Below, piece by piece: positions 42,899 through 53,900 of a DNA stretch of 64,000 bases. This stretch comes from Acidobacteriota bacterium. Its GTDB lineage: Bacteria > Acidobacteriota > Terriglobia > Terriglobales > SCQP01. Positions within the stretch are counted from its first letter, which is position 1; each line of letters starts with the position of its first letter. The position numbers were made by a program, and so were the translations under genes. The notes under the pieces are model-generated. The model was not told where the DNA came from. It did not search any database and saw nothing but the letters and a program-made list of their open reading frames with translations. Location: assembly GCA_021818955.1 (NCBI GenBank), contig JAKASR010000002.1, positions 9,169 through 73,168 on the forward strand, given 5' to 3'.

Positions 42899-43351
42899 AT
42901 GCTTAGCGAACGTATTCAACAGGATCTCGTGGCGGCGATGCGCGCCCGGGAAGAATTGCGCCTCTCGACCTTGCGCATGGCCAAGGCGGCTTTCAAGAAC
43001 AAAGAAATTGAAAAACGGCGCCCCTTGGAAGAATCCGAGGTGCAACAAGTGCTGGCCAACCTGATCAAGCAGCGCGAAGATTCGATTGCGCAATTTCTTC
43101 AGGGCGGGCGGCGGGACCTGGCGGATAAAGAAAAAGCCGAAATCGCGATTCTGGAGGCGTACCTGCCTCGCCAGCTATCCGCCGAAGAGATGGCGGCCGT
43201 GGTGGATGCGGTGATCGCGGACACCGGCGCCAAAAACGCGCGCGAAATGGGACCGGTCATGAAGGCCGCTATGGCCCGGTTTCAAGCCCAGGGGGCGCGG
43301 GTGGACGGCAAACAACTCAGCGAACTGGTGCGCCGGCGCCTGAACGGCTAG
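42899..43351 (+). CDS. GatB/YqeY domain protein
   Basis: AAMRARE...LSTLRM, KQREDSIAQF, YLPRQLS, MGPVMK. Confidence 0.93.
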   Translation: MLSERIQQDLVAAMRAREELRLSTLRMAKAAFKNKEIEKRRPLEESEVQQVLANLIKQREDSIAQFLQGGRRDLADKEKAEIAILEAYLPRQLSAEEMAAVVDAVIADTGAKNAREMGPVMKAAMARFQAQGARVDGKQLSELVRRRLNG

Positions 43352-43427
43352 CAGTGTTCCGAAAGCCCGCGGAATACGGAAGACAAGCCGCAGCTCTTCA
43401 GCGATGAATACGGATTGGTTTTTTCAG

Positions 43428-44258
43428 TCAATTGCCAAACCCTGGCGCCGCAAACACGAAATAAAGGGATTGTCCATCGGTGCGCCCGGCGGGTTGCCAT
43501 CGCCGCCATAGCACCTGCCCGCCTGCATACTCCACCATCGCGTCCAGGTTATGTATATAACTGCAATCGGCGCCTATTTCGGAACCTTTCAGCGAAGCAT
43601 TATCGCATTGCCGGTGCGCCGGCCCAGAAAGCGCCAGCAATTGCAGGGTATGCCGCAGCAGCCGGGCAACTATGCCGGCCGCATGCTCGGCATTGAAAAA
43701 GCGCAGCACCCCGGCGCACAGCACCAGATCGAACGCCTGCTCGCCTATCCAGTCGGACATATGGCAGAGATCACCCCGGCGCAGGCGTATTTGCGACCCG
43801 GCGGCGGCCAATCGACGCTCTCCCGCGCGTAAGGCCCGAGCGTCAATATCCACTCCCAGCCAGGTCGCATTCTGCAGGCTCAGGCTGAGTTCCAGATGGC
43901 GTAAAAAATGCCCATCGGCGCAGCCGGCATCCAGCACGCGCTTAGGCGACAGTTTCCGGGATTCGAGTACCGCCATCAAATCCCGGGCCAACAACATGCG
44001 GCTGGCGGATAATTGGCCGGAAAGCAGGCCGTGCGCGCGTTCGTATTCGGCTGCGCGCCCGAGATGATGGCTCCAAATCAAGCGCTGGAAGTTTTCCGGC
44101 TGCCGGCGCGCGAAATCTTCCAATAGCCGCGTGGCGTACCAATGCCGTTTCGAGAGCGGCGTATAACCAGCCAGCGCGAGCGCCAGCGGCTTGCGAACCC
44201 TCAGCGGAAGCGCGTAGGCGCAGTTCCATCCTGCCCGGCGCAGACTGCTGAACCACAT
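43428..44258 (-). CDS. Class I SAM-dependent methyltransferase
   Basis: VLDAGCADG, GVDID, FDLVLCAGVL. Confidence 0.8.
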   Translation of the reverse strand: MWFSSLRRAGWNCAYALPLRVRKPLALALAGYTPLSKRHWYATRLLEDFARRQPENFQRLIWSHHLGRAAEYERAHGLLSGQLSASRMLLARDLMAVLESRKLSPKRVLDAGCADGHFLRHLELSLSLQNATWLGVDIDARALRAGERRLAAAGSQIRLRRGDLCHMSDWIGEQAFDLVLCAGVLRFFNAEHAAGIVARLLRHTLQLLALSGPAHRQCDNASLKGSEIGADCSYIHNLDAMVEYAGGQVLWRRWQPAGRTDGQSLYFVFAAPGFGN

Positions 44259-44348
44259 CGGTTCGGAGGATGCAATGCTCCTTTTCCAGCGTTGGCTTTT
44301 CCGGCCGGCGGCGCCCTGCCCGCCGCCGAAATCGCCTTTAGGCCCAGG

Positions 44349-45221
44349 TTACGCTTCGGCCAGCCGCGCTTGCCGTTCCATCAGCCCGAGCGTGGCGGCA
44401 TAATCCTGATCGCCCAACCCCTGGCGCATCGCCCGCGCATAAATGGTTTCGACCGTCGTTAGCGCGGGCAACTCGAGGTTCAGGCTGCGGGCATGCTCCA
44501 ACATCAGCCGAATGTCTTTCCACATCAGGCGCAGCGGAAAATTCGGGCTGTAATCGCGCGCGCGTATGAATGGAGCCTTGTATTCGACCACGCCCGAACG
44601 CAGCATGGTCGCGCCGATGATTTCCAGCATCTGCTCGGCGCTCAGACCCGATTTTTCCGCCAGCACCAGGCCCTCGCAGAAGCCCTCGTAAATGAGGGCA
44701 ATATTCAAATTCATGGCTAGCTTGGCGGATAAACCCATGCCGTTGCCGCCCATAAGGAAGACGCGCTGCCCCATGGTTTGAAATAAAGGCTGCAGCCGGG
44801 CGGCGGCCTCCGCCGGGCCGCCCACAATGAAAATCAGCTTGCCGGCTTCGGCACCCTGCTTGGAGCCGGTTACCGGACAATCGAGGAAGACGGCGCCGCG
44901 CGAAGCCAGGCGTTCGGCGATACGGCGGCTGGCCTCGGGCGAAATTGTCGAGGAATCGGCAATGACCATGCCCGGACGCGCGGCGGCTAGCACGCCATCC
45001 TCGGCCAGAAAAACTCGCTCACTGGCGGCCGTATCGTTGACGCAGGCCCATACCACGTCGGCGCCTTCGGCCGCTTGCGCCGGCGTGGCGGCGGTGCGCG
45101 CGCCCGGCAAGCCGGCGCGAGCCGCAGTGCGGTTCCAAACCGTCACTGCATGACCGGCCTCCACCAGCTTGGCCGCCATCGGCCGGCCCATGATGCCCAA
45201 TCCCAAAAACGCGATATTCAT
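44349..45221 (-). CDS. NAD(P)-dependent beta-hydroxyacid dehydrogenase
   Basis: FLGLGIMG, DSSTISP, FLDCPVTGS, KLAMN, KDI. Confidence 0.92.
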   Translation of the reverse strand: MNIAFLGLGIMGRPMAAKLVEAGHAVTVWNRTAARAGLPGARTAATPAQAAEGADVVWACVNDTAASERVFLAEDGVLAAARPGMVIADSSTISPEASRRIAERLASRGAVFLDCPVTGSKQGAEAGKLIFIVGGPAEAAARLQPLFQTMGQRVFLMGGNGMGLSAKLAMNLNIALIYEGFCEGLVLAEKSGLSAEQMLEIIGATMLRSGVVEYKAPFIRARDYSPNFPLRLMWKDIRLMLEHARSLNLELPALTTVETIYARAMRQGLGDQDYAATLGLMERQARLAEA

Positions 45222-45358
45222 GTTTGGCTCCGTTTCCGTAGTGTATGCGTCTCTCCAATTATGGAAGTCGGATAAAAAAAACGGAACGAGTCTCCATGCG
45301 CGCGGTCTTTACGTGTTGCAGTAGGGCCGATTACCATGATAAGAACCCCTGGTTCCAC

Positions 45359-46225
45359 ATGAAAACTGAAGCCCCAATCCCGGCGGGCGCCACTCCACCC
45401 GCTATCTTTCTGCGCCAGATTCTGGAGCGGCGGCGCGAGCGCGTGCGCCAGGCTCAGTCTCGGCAGCACGAAGCCGAGCTGCGGCGTCTGGCCAAACGGC
45501 GGCAGCCGCGTGATTTTATCGCCGCCCTCCGGCGCGGCGGCACAACCGCCGCGCCGGCCATCATCGCGGAGCTGAAGCGGGCTTCGCCATCCCGCGGGCT
45601 GCTGCGCGCCGACTATCATGTCGCCTCGCTCGCCGCCGCCTATGCCCGCGCCGGCGCGACCGCGCTCTCGGTGCTCACGGAAGAAGATTTTTTCCAGGGC
45701 GAACTGGAACATCTTCGCCAGGCGCATCAAGCGGTCGAACTGCCGCTGTTGCGCAAGGATTTTATATTCTGCGCCTATCAAATCTGGGAAGCCGCCGCGG
45801 CGGGCGCCGACGCCGTGCTGCTGATCGCGGCCATGCTCGACGACGCCGCGCTGCGCGAATTGCAAGCCGCCGCCGCCGCCGCGGGGCTCGCAGCCCTGGT
45901 GGAAGTGCACGATGCGGCGGAGCTGCGGCGCGCTTGCGAAGCCGGCGCCCAACTGATTGGGGTGAATAATCGCGACCTGCGCAGTTTTCAAGTGGATGCC
46001 GGGCTTTGCCTGCGGCTGGCGCCATCCCTTCCACCCGCGGTGACGTGTATTGCCGAGAGCGGCATTGGCTCGCCCGCCATGCTCGCCCGCCTCCGCGCCG
46101 CCGGATACCATGCCGCCCTGATTGGCGAACATTTCATGCAGGCGGCTGACCCGGGCGCGGCGCTGGCGGCGCTGCTGGACGGCCTTGCCTCGGCTGCCAC
46201 CGCGCCTCCGGGAGCATCCGGATGA
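45359..46225 (+). CDS. trpC: Indole-3-glycerol phosphate synthase
   Basis: IAELKRASPSRG, LSVLTE, LRKDF, GVNNRDL, AESGI. Confidence 0.96.
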   Translation: MKTEAPIPAGATPPAIFLRQILERRRERVRQAQSRQHEAELRRLAKRRQPRDFIAALRRGGTTAAPAIIAELKRASPSRGLLRADYHVASLAAAYARAGATALSVLTEEDFFQGELEHLRQAHQAVELPLLRKDFIFCAYQIWEAAAAGADAVLLIAAMLDDAALRELQAAAAAAGLAALVEVHDAAELRRACEAGAQLIGVNNRDLRSFQVDAGLCLRLAPSLPPAVTCIAESGIGSPAMLARLRAAGYHAALIGEHFMQAADPGAALAALLDGLASAATAPPGASG

Positions 46226-47013
46226 GGACGCCCGGCGTCAATTTATCCGCACCTTTCCGCCTGCCGGCCGCTTCGCAGCCGGGCTGGATCAAAATTTGCG
46301 GCATAACCCGCGTCGAAGACGCCTTGCTGGCGGCCGAATGCGGCGCCCATGCCATCGGCTTTATCTTCGCCCCCTCGCCCCGCCGCCTCTCGCCCGAGGC
46401 CGCGCGCGCGATTATCGAAAAACTGCCGGCCGAAGTCCTGCCCGTTGGTGTTTTCGTCAATGCTTCGGCTGAAGAAATGCTTGAGGTGGCTCGCCGCTCC
46501 GGCGTGCGCGCGCTGCAACTGCACGGACATGAAGACGCTGGTATTGCCGCCGATTGCCAAAATTTCCTGTGCATAAAAAGCTTGTTGATTCCACCCGAGG
46601 TACGGATTGCCTTTCGTCGCCCGCCGGTTCCGGATCTACCCTCCGATACCGATAAGACGCCGGATTTTGAACATTATCCTGAGCTCAAGCGCGATTATCT
46701 GGGCTGGCGCGATCGGGCCGACGCTTTCCTTTATGAACAAAAACGGGATTCCCGCGCGGGCGCAGCCGGCGAAACCTTCCCGGCCACGCGGCGATGGATC
46801 TACGCCGGCCGATTGTTCGCTGAAAGCGCCGCCGGCATCATTCGAACGCTCCATCCCTGGGGAGTGGATGTCTCTTCCGGCATCGAATCCAGCCCGGGCG
46901 TGAAAGATCCGGGCAAGCTGCGCGCTTTCATAGCCAATGCCCGCGCCGCGTTTCAAGCAATGACGAACACGCCGGCGGAATTCACCGCCGCGACCCGAAA
47001 AGTATCCTCATGA
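46222..47013 (+). CDS. trpF: Phosphoribosylanthranilate isomerase (divergent)
   Basis: [28 protein letters not shown]; between trpC and trpB. Confidence 0.88.
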   Translation: MRTPGVNLSAPFRLPAASQPGWIKICGITRVEDALLAAECGAHAIGFIFAPSPRRLSPEAARAIIEKLPAEVLPVGVFVNASAEEMLEVARRSGVRALQLHGHEDAGIAADCQNFLCIKSLLIPPEVRIAFRRPPVPDLPSDTDKTPDFEHYPELKRDYLGWRDRADAFLYEQKRDSRAGAAGETFPATRRWIYAGRLFAESAAGIIRTLHPWGVDVSSGIESSPGVKDPGKLRAFIANARAAFQAMTNTPAEFTAATRKVSS

Positions 47014-48203
47014 GCACAGAATCCGCACTTCTGTCCGCCGGCCGTTTTGGCCCTTATGGCGGGCGCTATGTTCCCGAAACACTGGTCGCGCCGCTGGATG
47101 AACTGGCCGCGGCTTATGCAACCGCGCGCCGCGATCCGGCCTTTCAAGCCGAATTCCAATCGCTGCTGAAAAACTACGCCGGCCGCCCGACGCCACTGAC
47201 CTTAGCCGGCCGGTTATCGGAAGAGCTGGGCGGGGCCCGCATTTATCTGAAACGCGAAGACCTGTTGCACACCGGCGCCCATAAAATCAACAACTGCCTG
47301 GGACAGGGGCTACTGGCGCGGCGCATGGGCAAGCGCCGCATCATCGCTGAAACCGGCGCCGGCCAGCATGGCGTCGCCACCGCCACCGTCTGCGCGCTCT
47401 TCGGCTTCGATTGCGTCGTCTATATGGGCGAAGCCGATATGGCGCGCCAGGCGCTGAATGTGGCCCGCATGCGCCTGCTCGGCGCCGAAGTCCGCCCGGT
47501 CGCTTCCGGCAGCCGTACCCTCAAAGACGCCATCAACGAAGCCATGCGCGACTGGGTCGCAAACTGCGAAACCACGCATTATTTGCTGGGCTCGGTGCTC
47601 GGCGCGCATCCGTATCCTCGGATGGTCCGCGATTTTCATGCCGAGATTGGCGAAGAAGCGCGGCGGCAATATCTGGAAGTCCGCGGCCGCCTTCCGGAAA
47701 TGTTGATCGCCTGCGTCGGCGGCGGTTCGAATGCCATTGGCCTGTTTACCGCCTTTCTGGGCGACGGCGAGGTCAAGCTGGTCGGGGTGGAAGCCGGCGG
47801 CCGCGGCGCCGCCTTGGGCGAGCACGCCGCCCGCTTCCAAGGCGGCAGCCCCGGAGTTTTGCAGGGCACTTTCACTTATGTGCTGCAAGACGCCTGGGGG
47901 CAGATCGCCGGCACGCACTCGGTGTCCGCCGGTCTGGATTATCCCTCGATCGGCCCTGAACACGCCATGCTGCACGATACCGGACGGGCGGAATATGTCT
48001 CCGCCGGCGATGCCGCCGCCCTGGAAGCCTGTCGCCGGCTGGCGCGCAGCGAAGGCATCATCCCGGCGCTGGAATCGGCGCATGCGGTCGCCGAAGCCTG
48101 CGTGCGCGCCCCGACCATGCCTCGCGACGCCGGCATGATCGTAAATATCTCCGGACGCGGCGATAAAGACATGGAAATCCTGCGGCGCGAGTTGCAACTG
48201 TAA
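47010..48203 (+). CDS. trpB: Tryptophan synthase beta chain
   Basis: [30 protein letters not shown]. Confidence 0.98.
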   Translation: MSTESALLSAGRFGPYGGRYVPETLVAPLDELAAAYATARRDPAFQAEFQSLLKNYAGRPTPLTLAGRLSEELGGARIYLKREDLLHTGAHKINNCLGQGLLARRMGKRRIIAETGAGQHGVATATVCALFGFDCVVYMGEADMARQALNVARMRLLGAEVRPVASGSRTLKDAINEAMRDWVANCETTHYLLGSVLGAHPYPRMVRDFHAEIGEEARRQYLEVRGRLPEMLIACVGGGSNAIGLFTAFLGDGEVKLVGVEAGGRGAALGEHAARFQGGSPGVLQGTFTYVLQDAWGQIAGTHSVSAGLDYPSIGPEHAMLHDTGRAEYVSAGDAAALEACRRLARSEGIIPALESAHAVAEACVRAPTMPRDAGMIVNISGRGDKDMEILRRELQL

Positions 48204-48209
48204 ACCTCC

Positions 48210-48449
48210 ATGAATGCCTTGAATTTATTTGGGTTGTTCGCCGTCAGCCTGATGCTGATCTTCTACGCGCTCGAAGCTCGCCATGCCGGCTTCATTTTGG
48301 CCTTCGCGCTGGCCTGCCTGCTGGCTTCCGCTTATGGTTTTCTACAAGGCGCCTGGCCCTTTGGACTGGTGGAAATGATCTGGTCCGCGGTCGCCCTGCG
48401 CCGATTCCTGAAAACCCGAAACGCAATTGCCGCTGCGTCCACTCCTTGA
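48210..48449 (+). CDS. Small three-TM membrane protein
   Basis: Hydrophobic 79 aa ORF (YGFLQGAWPFGLVEMIW) filling the trpB-trpA gap. Confidence 0.75.
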   Translation: MNALNLFGLFAVSLMLIFYALEARHAGFILAFALACLLASAYGFLQGAWPFGLVEMIWSAVALRRFLKTRNAIAAASTP

Positions 48450-48452
48450 TCT

Positions 48453-49280
48453 ATGAGTCGCTTCGCTTCCATCTTTGCCCGCGCCCGCGCCGAAAGCCGC
48501 TGTGCGCTGATTCCCTATCTCACCGCCGGCGATCCCACGGCCGGCGCCACGCTGGCCGCCTGCGAGGCGATGGCCGCGGCCGGCGCCGATATCATCGAGC
48601 TCGGCATTCCGTTCAGCGATCCGCTGGCCGATGGCCCGGTGATTCAGGCCGCCAGCGAGCGCGCCCTGGCGCAGGGCATGACCTTGGAAGGGGTATTGAA
48701 ACTGGCGGCGATGCTGCGCCAGGCCGCACCCGCATTGGGCATCTTGCTGTTTGGGTATTACAACCCCCTCCTGCGCTACGGCCTCGAAGCTTTTGCCGCG
48801 GCCGCGGCCCGCGCCGGCGCCGATGGAGTGCTGGTTACCGATCTGATTCCGGAAGAGGCGGAGGCTTATTGCGCCGCCCTCGCCGCCCGCCAACTCGATC
48901 CGGTTTTTCTCGCCGCACCCACCAGCCCGGATGAACGCCTGGGGCGGATTGCCGCCGCCAGCCGCGGCTTTATCTATGCCGTGTCGCGCACCGGCGTTAC
49001 CGGAGCGCGCCGCCAGGTGCCGGAGGGCGCGCACACTCTCGTCGCCCGGCTGCGCCGGCATACCGCACTGCCGCTGGCTCTGGGCTTTGGCATTTCCACC
49101 CCGGAGCAGGCGCGCGAGGTCGCCGGCTTCGCCGACGGCGTAGTGGTCGGCACTGCCCTGGTGGAACGCATGGCTGCCGCCGTGAAGCAAAACGGCCCCC
49201 AGGCCGCCGCCGGCGCCGCCGCCGAATTCATACGCTCGCTGCGCGCCGGCATTGCCCTTGCGGCTCCCGGGCGCGCTTAA
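48453..49280 (+). CDS. trpA: Tryptophan synthase alpha chain
   Basis: YLTAGDP, ELGIPFSDPLADGPVIQ, SRTGVTG, GFGIS. Confidence 0.97.
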   Translation: MSRFASIFARARAESRCALIPYLTAGDPTAGATLAACEAMAAAGADIIELGIPFSDPLADGPVIQAASERALAQGMTLEGVLKLAAMLRQAAPALGILLFGYYNPLLRYGLEAFAAAAARAGADGVLVTDLIPEEAEAYCAALAARQLDPVFLAAPTSPDERLGRIAAASRGFIYAVSRTGVTGARRQVPEGAHTLVARLRRHTALPLALGFGISTPEQAREVAGFADGVVVGTALVERMAAAVKQNGPQAAAGAAAEFIRSLRAGIALAAPGRA

Positions 49281-49330
49281 TCTCCGGCTCTCTGCGGGAC
49301 GAGCGCCGGCGCGCTTATAATAAAAATTCC

Positions 49331-49654
49331 ATGGAAATTGCGGAATGGCGGGTAAAAATTGACGCACTTGACCGTCAACTGGTCGAGTTATTGAACCAGC
49401 GCTGTCGCTGCGCCATGGAAATCGGCATGCTTAAGCGTGGCAGCGACCTGCCGATTTATGAGCCTATACGCGAAAAGCAGGTGCTGGCCCAGGTGGCGGA
49501 AGCCAACGCTGGCCCCTTGAGCGACCGCGCGCTGCAGCATATTTTCGAACGCATTATTGACGAAATGCGCGCCATACAAAAAACGAAAGCGTTGGGAGAT
49601 CAACCGGCCCGCCGGGATGGCTATTCGCCGGTTTTTCCCGACGATCGGGATTAA
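49331..49654 (+). CDS. Chorismate mutase (AroQ type)
   Basis: WRVKIDALDRQLVELLNQR, IG..K, YEPIRE. Confidence 0.9.
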   Translation: MEIAEWRVKIDALDRQLVELLNQRCRCAMEIGMLKRGSDLPIYEPIREKQVLAQVAEANAGPLSDRALQHIFERIIDEMRAIQKTKALGDQPARRDGYSPVFPDDRD

Positions 49655-49679
49655 GAATTAAGACGGTACGGGAATTTTT

Positions 49680-50729
49680 ATGATTGTAGTCATGCAGGCC
49701 GGAGCCACGGACGAACAGATCCAGCAGGTGATCGACCGCCTGGTGGCGCTCGGCTTCGATATTCACCGCTCGACCGGGGTCGAGCACACGGTATTGGGTT
49801 GCGTGGGACGCGCGATAGATTTCGATGTCCGTGATATCGAATTGCTGCCGGGAGTGGCCGAGGCACACCGCATTTCCGCCCCCTATAAACTGGTCGGGCG
49901 GCACTTCCGCCCGGGCGGCACCAAGCTGCAAATTGGGGACATGCAGGTGGGCGGCGAGGAGGTCGCGGTGATCGCCGGCCCCTGCTCGGTGGAATCCGAG
50001 TCGCAACTCGACCGCATTGCCGAAGCAGTCGCCGCCGCCGGCGCTCGCGGCCTGCGCGGCGGCGCGTTTAAGCCGCGCACTTCACCTTATAGCTTTCAAG
50101 GCCTGGGCGAAGAAGGACTGAAAATTCTGCGCCGCGTCTGCGACCGCCACCATCTGGTCGCGGTCAGCGAGGTGATGTCGGAAACCCAGATACCGATGAT
50201 GCTTGCTTATGTGGACGTGCTGCAGGTGGGCGCGCGCAACATGCAGAACTTCAACCTGCTGCGCGAGTTGGGTAAGCAACGCCACCCGGTGCTGCTCAAA
50301 CGCGGCATCTCCGCCACCATTGAAGAACTGCTGCTCTCCGCCGAATATCTGCTGGCCGGCGGCAACTACCAGGTCATGCTCTGCGAGCGCGGCATTCGCA
50401 CCTTCGAGAACTATACCCGCAACACTCTTGATCTTTCCGCCATTCCGGTGGTGCAAAAGCTCTCGCACCTGCCCATCCTGGCCGATCCCTCGCATGGCAC
50501 CGGGCGCCGTGACAAGGTGCCGTCCATGGCCCGTGCCGCCGTCGCCGCCGGCGCCGATGGCCTGCTGATGGAAGTACATTTTGACCCCGAACACGCGCTC
50601 AGCGATGGCGCGCAATCGCTCGATCTGCCGCAATTTGAATCGCTTATGCAGGAGCTGCGGCAAATCGCCGTTGCCGTACATCGCACGGTGGCGCCCACCG
50701 CCGCCCAGCCGCAGCGCGTTCACGCCTGA
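49680..50729 (+). CDS. aroF: DAHP synthase type I-beta with N-terminal regulatory domain
   Basis: IAGPCSVE, FKPRTSPY, GARNMQN, CERGIR, DPSH, SDG. Confidence 0.95.
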   Translation: MIVVMQAGATDEQIQQVIDRLVALGFDIHRSTGVEHTVLGCVGRAIDFDVRDIELLPGVAEAHRISAPYKLVGRHFRPGGTKLQIGDMQVGGEEVAVIAGPCSVESESQLDRIAEAVAAAGARGLRGGAFKPRTSPYSFQGLGEEGLKILRRVCDRHHLVAVSEVMSETQIPMMLAYVDVLQVGARNMQNFNLLRELGKQRHPVLLKRGISATIEELLLSAEYLLAGGNYQVMLCERGIRTFENYTRNTLDLSAIPVVQKLSHLPILADPSHGTGRRDKVPSMARAAVAAGADGLLMEVHFDPEHALSDGAQSLDLPQFESLMQELRQIAVAVHRTVAPTAAQPQRVHA

Positions 50730-50864
50730 GGCTGAAATGCGCCCTTCTGCGCCCAGCGTTGCGGACTAAGCCAGCACCAAGGCGCGAGTTGTCCAAAGGC
50801 TTTTTTTCATATTGCCTCCATGCCCTACAGCCGGCATTTGACTTAAAACTATTCGGCAGCTTAC

Positions 50865-50893
50865 GGTTGTAGGCAAATTTTTTGCCTACAGCC
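50865..50893. terminator. Inverted repeat between convergent aroF and RND pump genes
   Basis: GGTTGTAGGCAAA-TTT-TTTGCCTACAGCC; no clear U-tract. Confidence 0.45.
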
Positions 50894-50925
50894 CCGCTCA
50901 ATTGCAAAGCCTCGCACGACTCGTT

Positions 50926-53900
50926 TCAAATTCCGATGGCTTGCGGTTTTTCAAAACGGCCAAAGCGCCGCGCCAGCGCCGGCAGCACCAGCAGGTTGAG
51001 CGCGGTCGAGGTGATCAGCCCGCCCAAAATCACCACCGCCATCGGACCTTCGATTTCCAGCCCTGGCGCGCCCCGCCGCAAGGCCAGCGGCAGCAATCCC
51101 AAGCCGGTGATCGAGGCGGTCATCAGGATCGGCGCCAGCCGCTCCGAGGCCCCGCGCAGCGCCGCTTCCTTTCCCCAACTCATGCCTTCCTCGCTGACCA
51201 GGTGCTCGTAATGCGAAATCAGCATCATTGAATTACGTATGGTGATGCCGAACAGGGTAATGAAGCCCACCATCGGCCCGAGCGAGAGCCGCCCACCCAG
51301 CCACCAGACCGCGAGCACGCCGCCCACCAGCGCGAAGGGGATGTTGGCCAGCACCAGCAGCAGATTCCGCCCGTTCATCATCACGATGGAAAGCAGCAGC
51401 AGGATTCCGATCAAGGCGAAACCGGAGTACAGCAGCAACTCGTGCCGCGACCGGGCCGCGGCCGCGGCCGCGCCGGCATATTGGAGGTACACTCCCGGGG
51501 GCAGCGGAATTTGGGCGATCGCGGCGCGCGCTGCGGCCATGAATCGCCCCAGCGAGATTCCGTGCAGGTTGGTGGTGACGGTCTGCGCCCGCCGCCCGCC
51601 TTCGTGCAATATCGTTTCCGGACCCGAGCTTTCAGTGATCCTGGCCAAACTCTTCAGTGGCACGTAGTTTCCGCCGGGAGTGCGCACCGGCAACTGCCGC
51701 AGGGCCGCTATCCCGCCTTGCCGGATCCGGGGAGGCAAAATCACGCGCAAATTGAAAACTTCCTCGCCCTGGTAAATCTGCCCTACCCTGACGCCGCGGA
51801 ACCCGGCGCTCACATCCTGCAGCACGCTGACCGGATCCAATCCCCAGCGCGCGATCTGGCGCGGGCGCAGTTGGATATGGATGTGCGGTTCGCCGGCCGG
51901 CGCCTGAATCCGCACTCCGGTCGCGCCATGAATTTTTCCCAGCACGCCGGCGATTTGGGCCGCGGTGGCGTTGACCGCCTCCAATTTCGGTCCGAAGACA
52001 TTGATCACCACCGGCGAGGTAAAGCCGGAAATCGTCTCCGACATGCGCTCGGCCAAAAAAGTGTTGAGCTCGAACGTGGCGCCGAAAAAAGGACGCAGCG
52101 CATGGCGGATCTGCGCGCCAATTTTAGTATTGGCCGGCCCGGAAAGATGGGGCTCCAGGTCAATGCCGATTTCCGAGCCTTCCGGACCGCGCGCTTCGCC
52201 CATGGTAGCGCGCCCGATACGGGCGCTGAGCGAGCGTATGCCCGCAATCGGACGCAAAGCCTGGAGGACCCGGTTATCGATGCGCGTGGTTTCGTCGAGG
52301 GAGGTCCCCGGCGCCGTGTGCTCGTGCAGGATGAAATGCCCTTCCTTGAAGGAGGGTAAAAAGCTGGTGTGAAATGAAAGCAGCAGCAGGACACCCAGCA
52401 CGGCCAAACCGGCCGGAAGCAGTACGGCCAAGGCATATAACCGTTCCACCCCTTCCAGGATCGGCCGGTAAAAGCGAATCAAGGCGCGGACCAGCGGCGG
52501 CTGCTGCTCGCGCAATGGATGCGCCTGTCGCGCCAGCAGGTAATAAGCCATGGCGGGCGTGACGGTGAGCGCGACTCCGAGCGAGGCCAGAATGGAAAAG
52601 ATATACGCCAGCGCCAGCGGCGAGAACAGGCGGCCGGCAACGCCGGAAAGCCCCAGGATCGGCAAAAAGATTAAAATCACCGCAAAGGTGGCATAGACCA
52701 CCGCCGAGCGCACCTCGACCGAAGCGTCCAGCACCACCCGCAAGGCCGGGCGCGGCGCCGCCGACCTGCCATTCTCGCGCAAGCGCCGGGCGATATTTTC
52801 CACGTCGATAACCGCATCGTCCACCACCTCGCCAATCGCGATGGCCAGCCCGCCCAGGCTCATGATATTGAGGGAATACCCCAACCGCGTCAGCACGATC
52901 ACCGCCGTCAGCAACGATAGCGGGATCGCCGTAAATGAAATCGCCGCGGTATGAAAGTCGAAAAGGAAAAGAAATAAGATCGCCACCACCAGGATGCCGC
53001 CCACGAGCAGCACCAAGCGCAAATGCTGAAGGGCGGTGTGGATGAATGCCGCCGGACGAAACAGGATATGCACCCGCACGCCCTCTTTTTTCAGTGCCGG
53101 CTCGATCTGATGCAGCGCCGATTCTACCGTATGGGTGACATCCAGCGTATTCGCGCCGTATTGCGATTTAACCGAGATGAGCACGCCCGGCCGGCCGGCA
53201 ATGATAGCGGCGCTGATGCGCGGTGCGGGCGCCAGGCGGAGATGAGCGACCTGTCCCAGGGTGACGTTGTGCCCGTTGTAGCGCGCCACCACCACCCCGG
53301 CCAGTTGCGGCAGGGCGAGCAACTGCCCGGTGGTTTCCAGCACCAGGCGCTGATTGGGCGTGTTCATAAAGCCTGCGCCTTTGATCGCCGTGACGCGCCG
53401 CGCCGCCGCAATCACTGGCTGCAGTCCGAGATGAAAGGCCATCAAACGGCTGGGGCGAAACTGGATTTGGTATTCCTCGACCTCGCCGCCGAAAATCAGC
53501 GTGCTGGCCACGCCCCGCGCGGCCAGCAGTTGCAACCGTAGCGGCCAATCGGCGATGGTCCGTAATTGCATCAGCGAGAGCCGATTCGAGGTCAACCCGA
53601 TCACCATCGCCGTCCCCGTGGCCGAGGTAAGCGGGGTCATCAGCGGCGGCCGCGCGCTCGTGGGCAAGTGCACCGTGGCCAGGCGCTCCGCCACCAATTG
53701 CCGCGCCCGGTACACATCGGTGCCGGAGCGGAAGGTAATCTTGACCACCGAAAGGCCTTGGATGGACTTGGAAAACACATTTTGCAATCCCGGCAATCCG
53801 ACCACCGAAACCTCGATCGGCGAAGTCACCAGCCGCTCAATCTGGCGCGGCGCCAGGCCAGGGGCAGCCGTCTGGATCGTCACCATGGGCGGGGCGAATT

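Noticed and set aside
45222-45358. trp attenuator leader peptide
   Set aside because: No short ORF with tandem Trp codons and no terminator hairpin
50836-50863. dif site (ATTTGACTTAA resembles a reversed XerD arm)
   Set aside because: No XerC-like arm at 6 bp spacing; similar partial matches at ~32522 and ~38644 also fail
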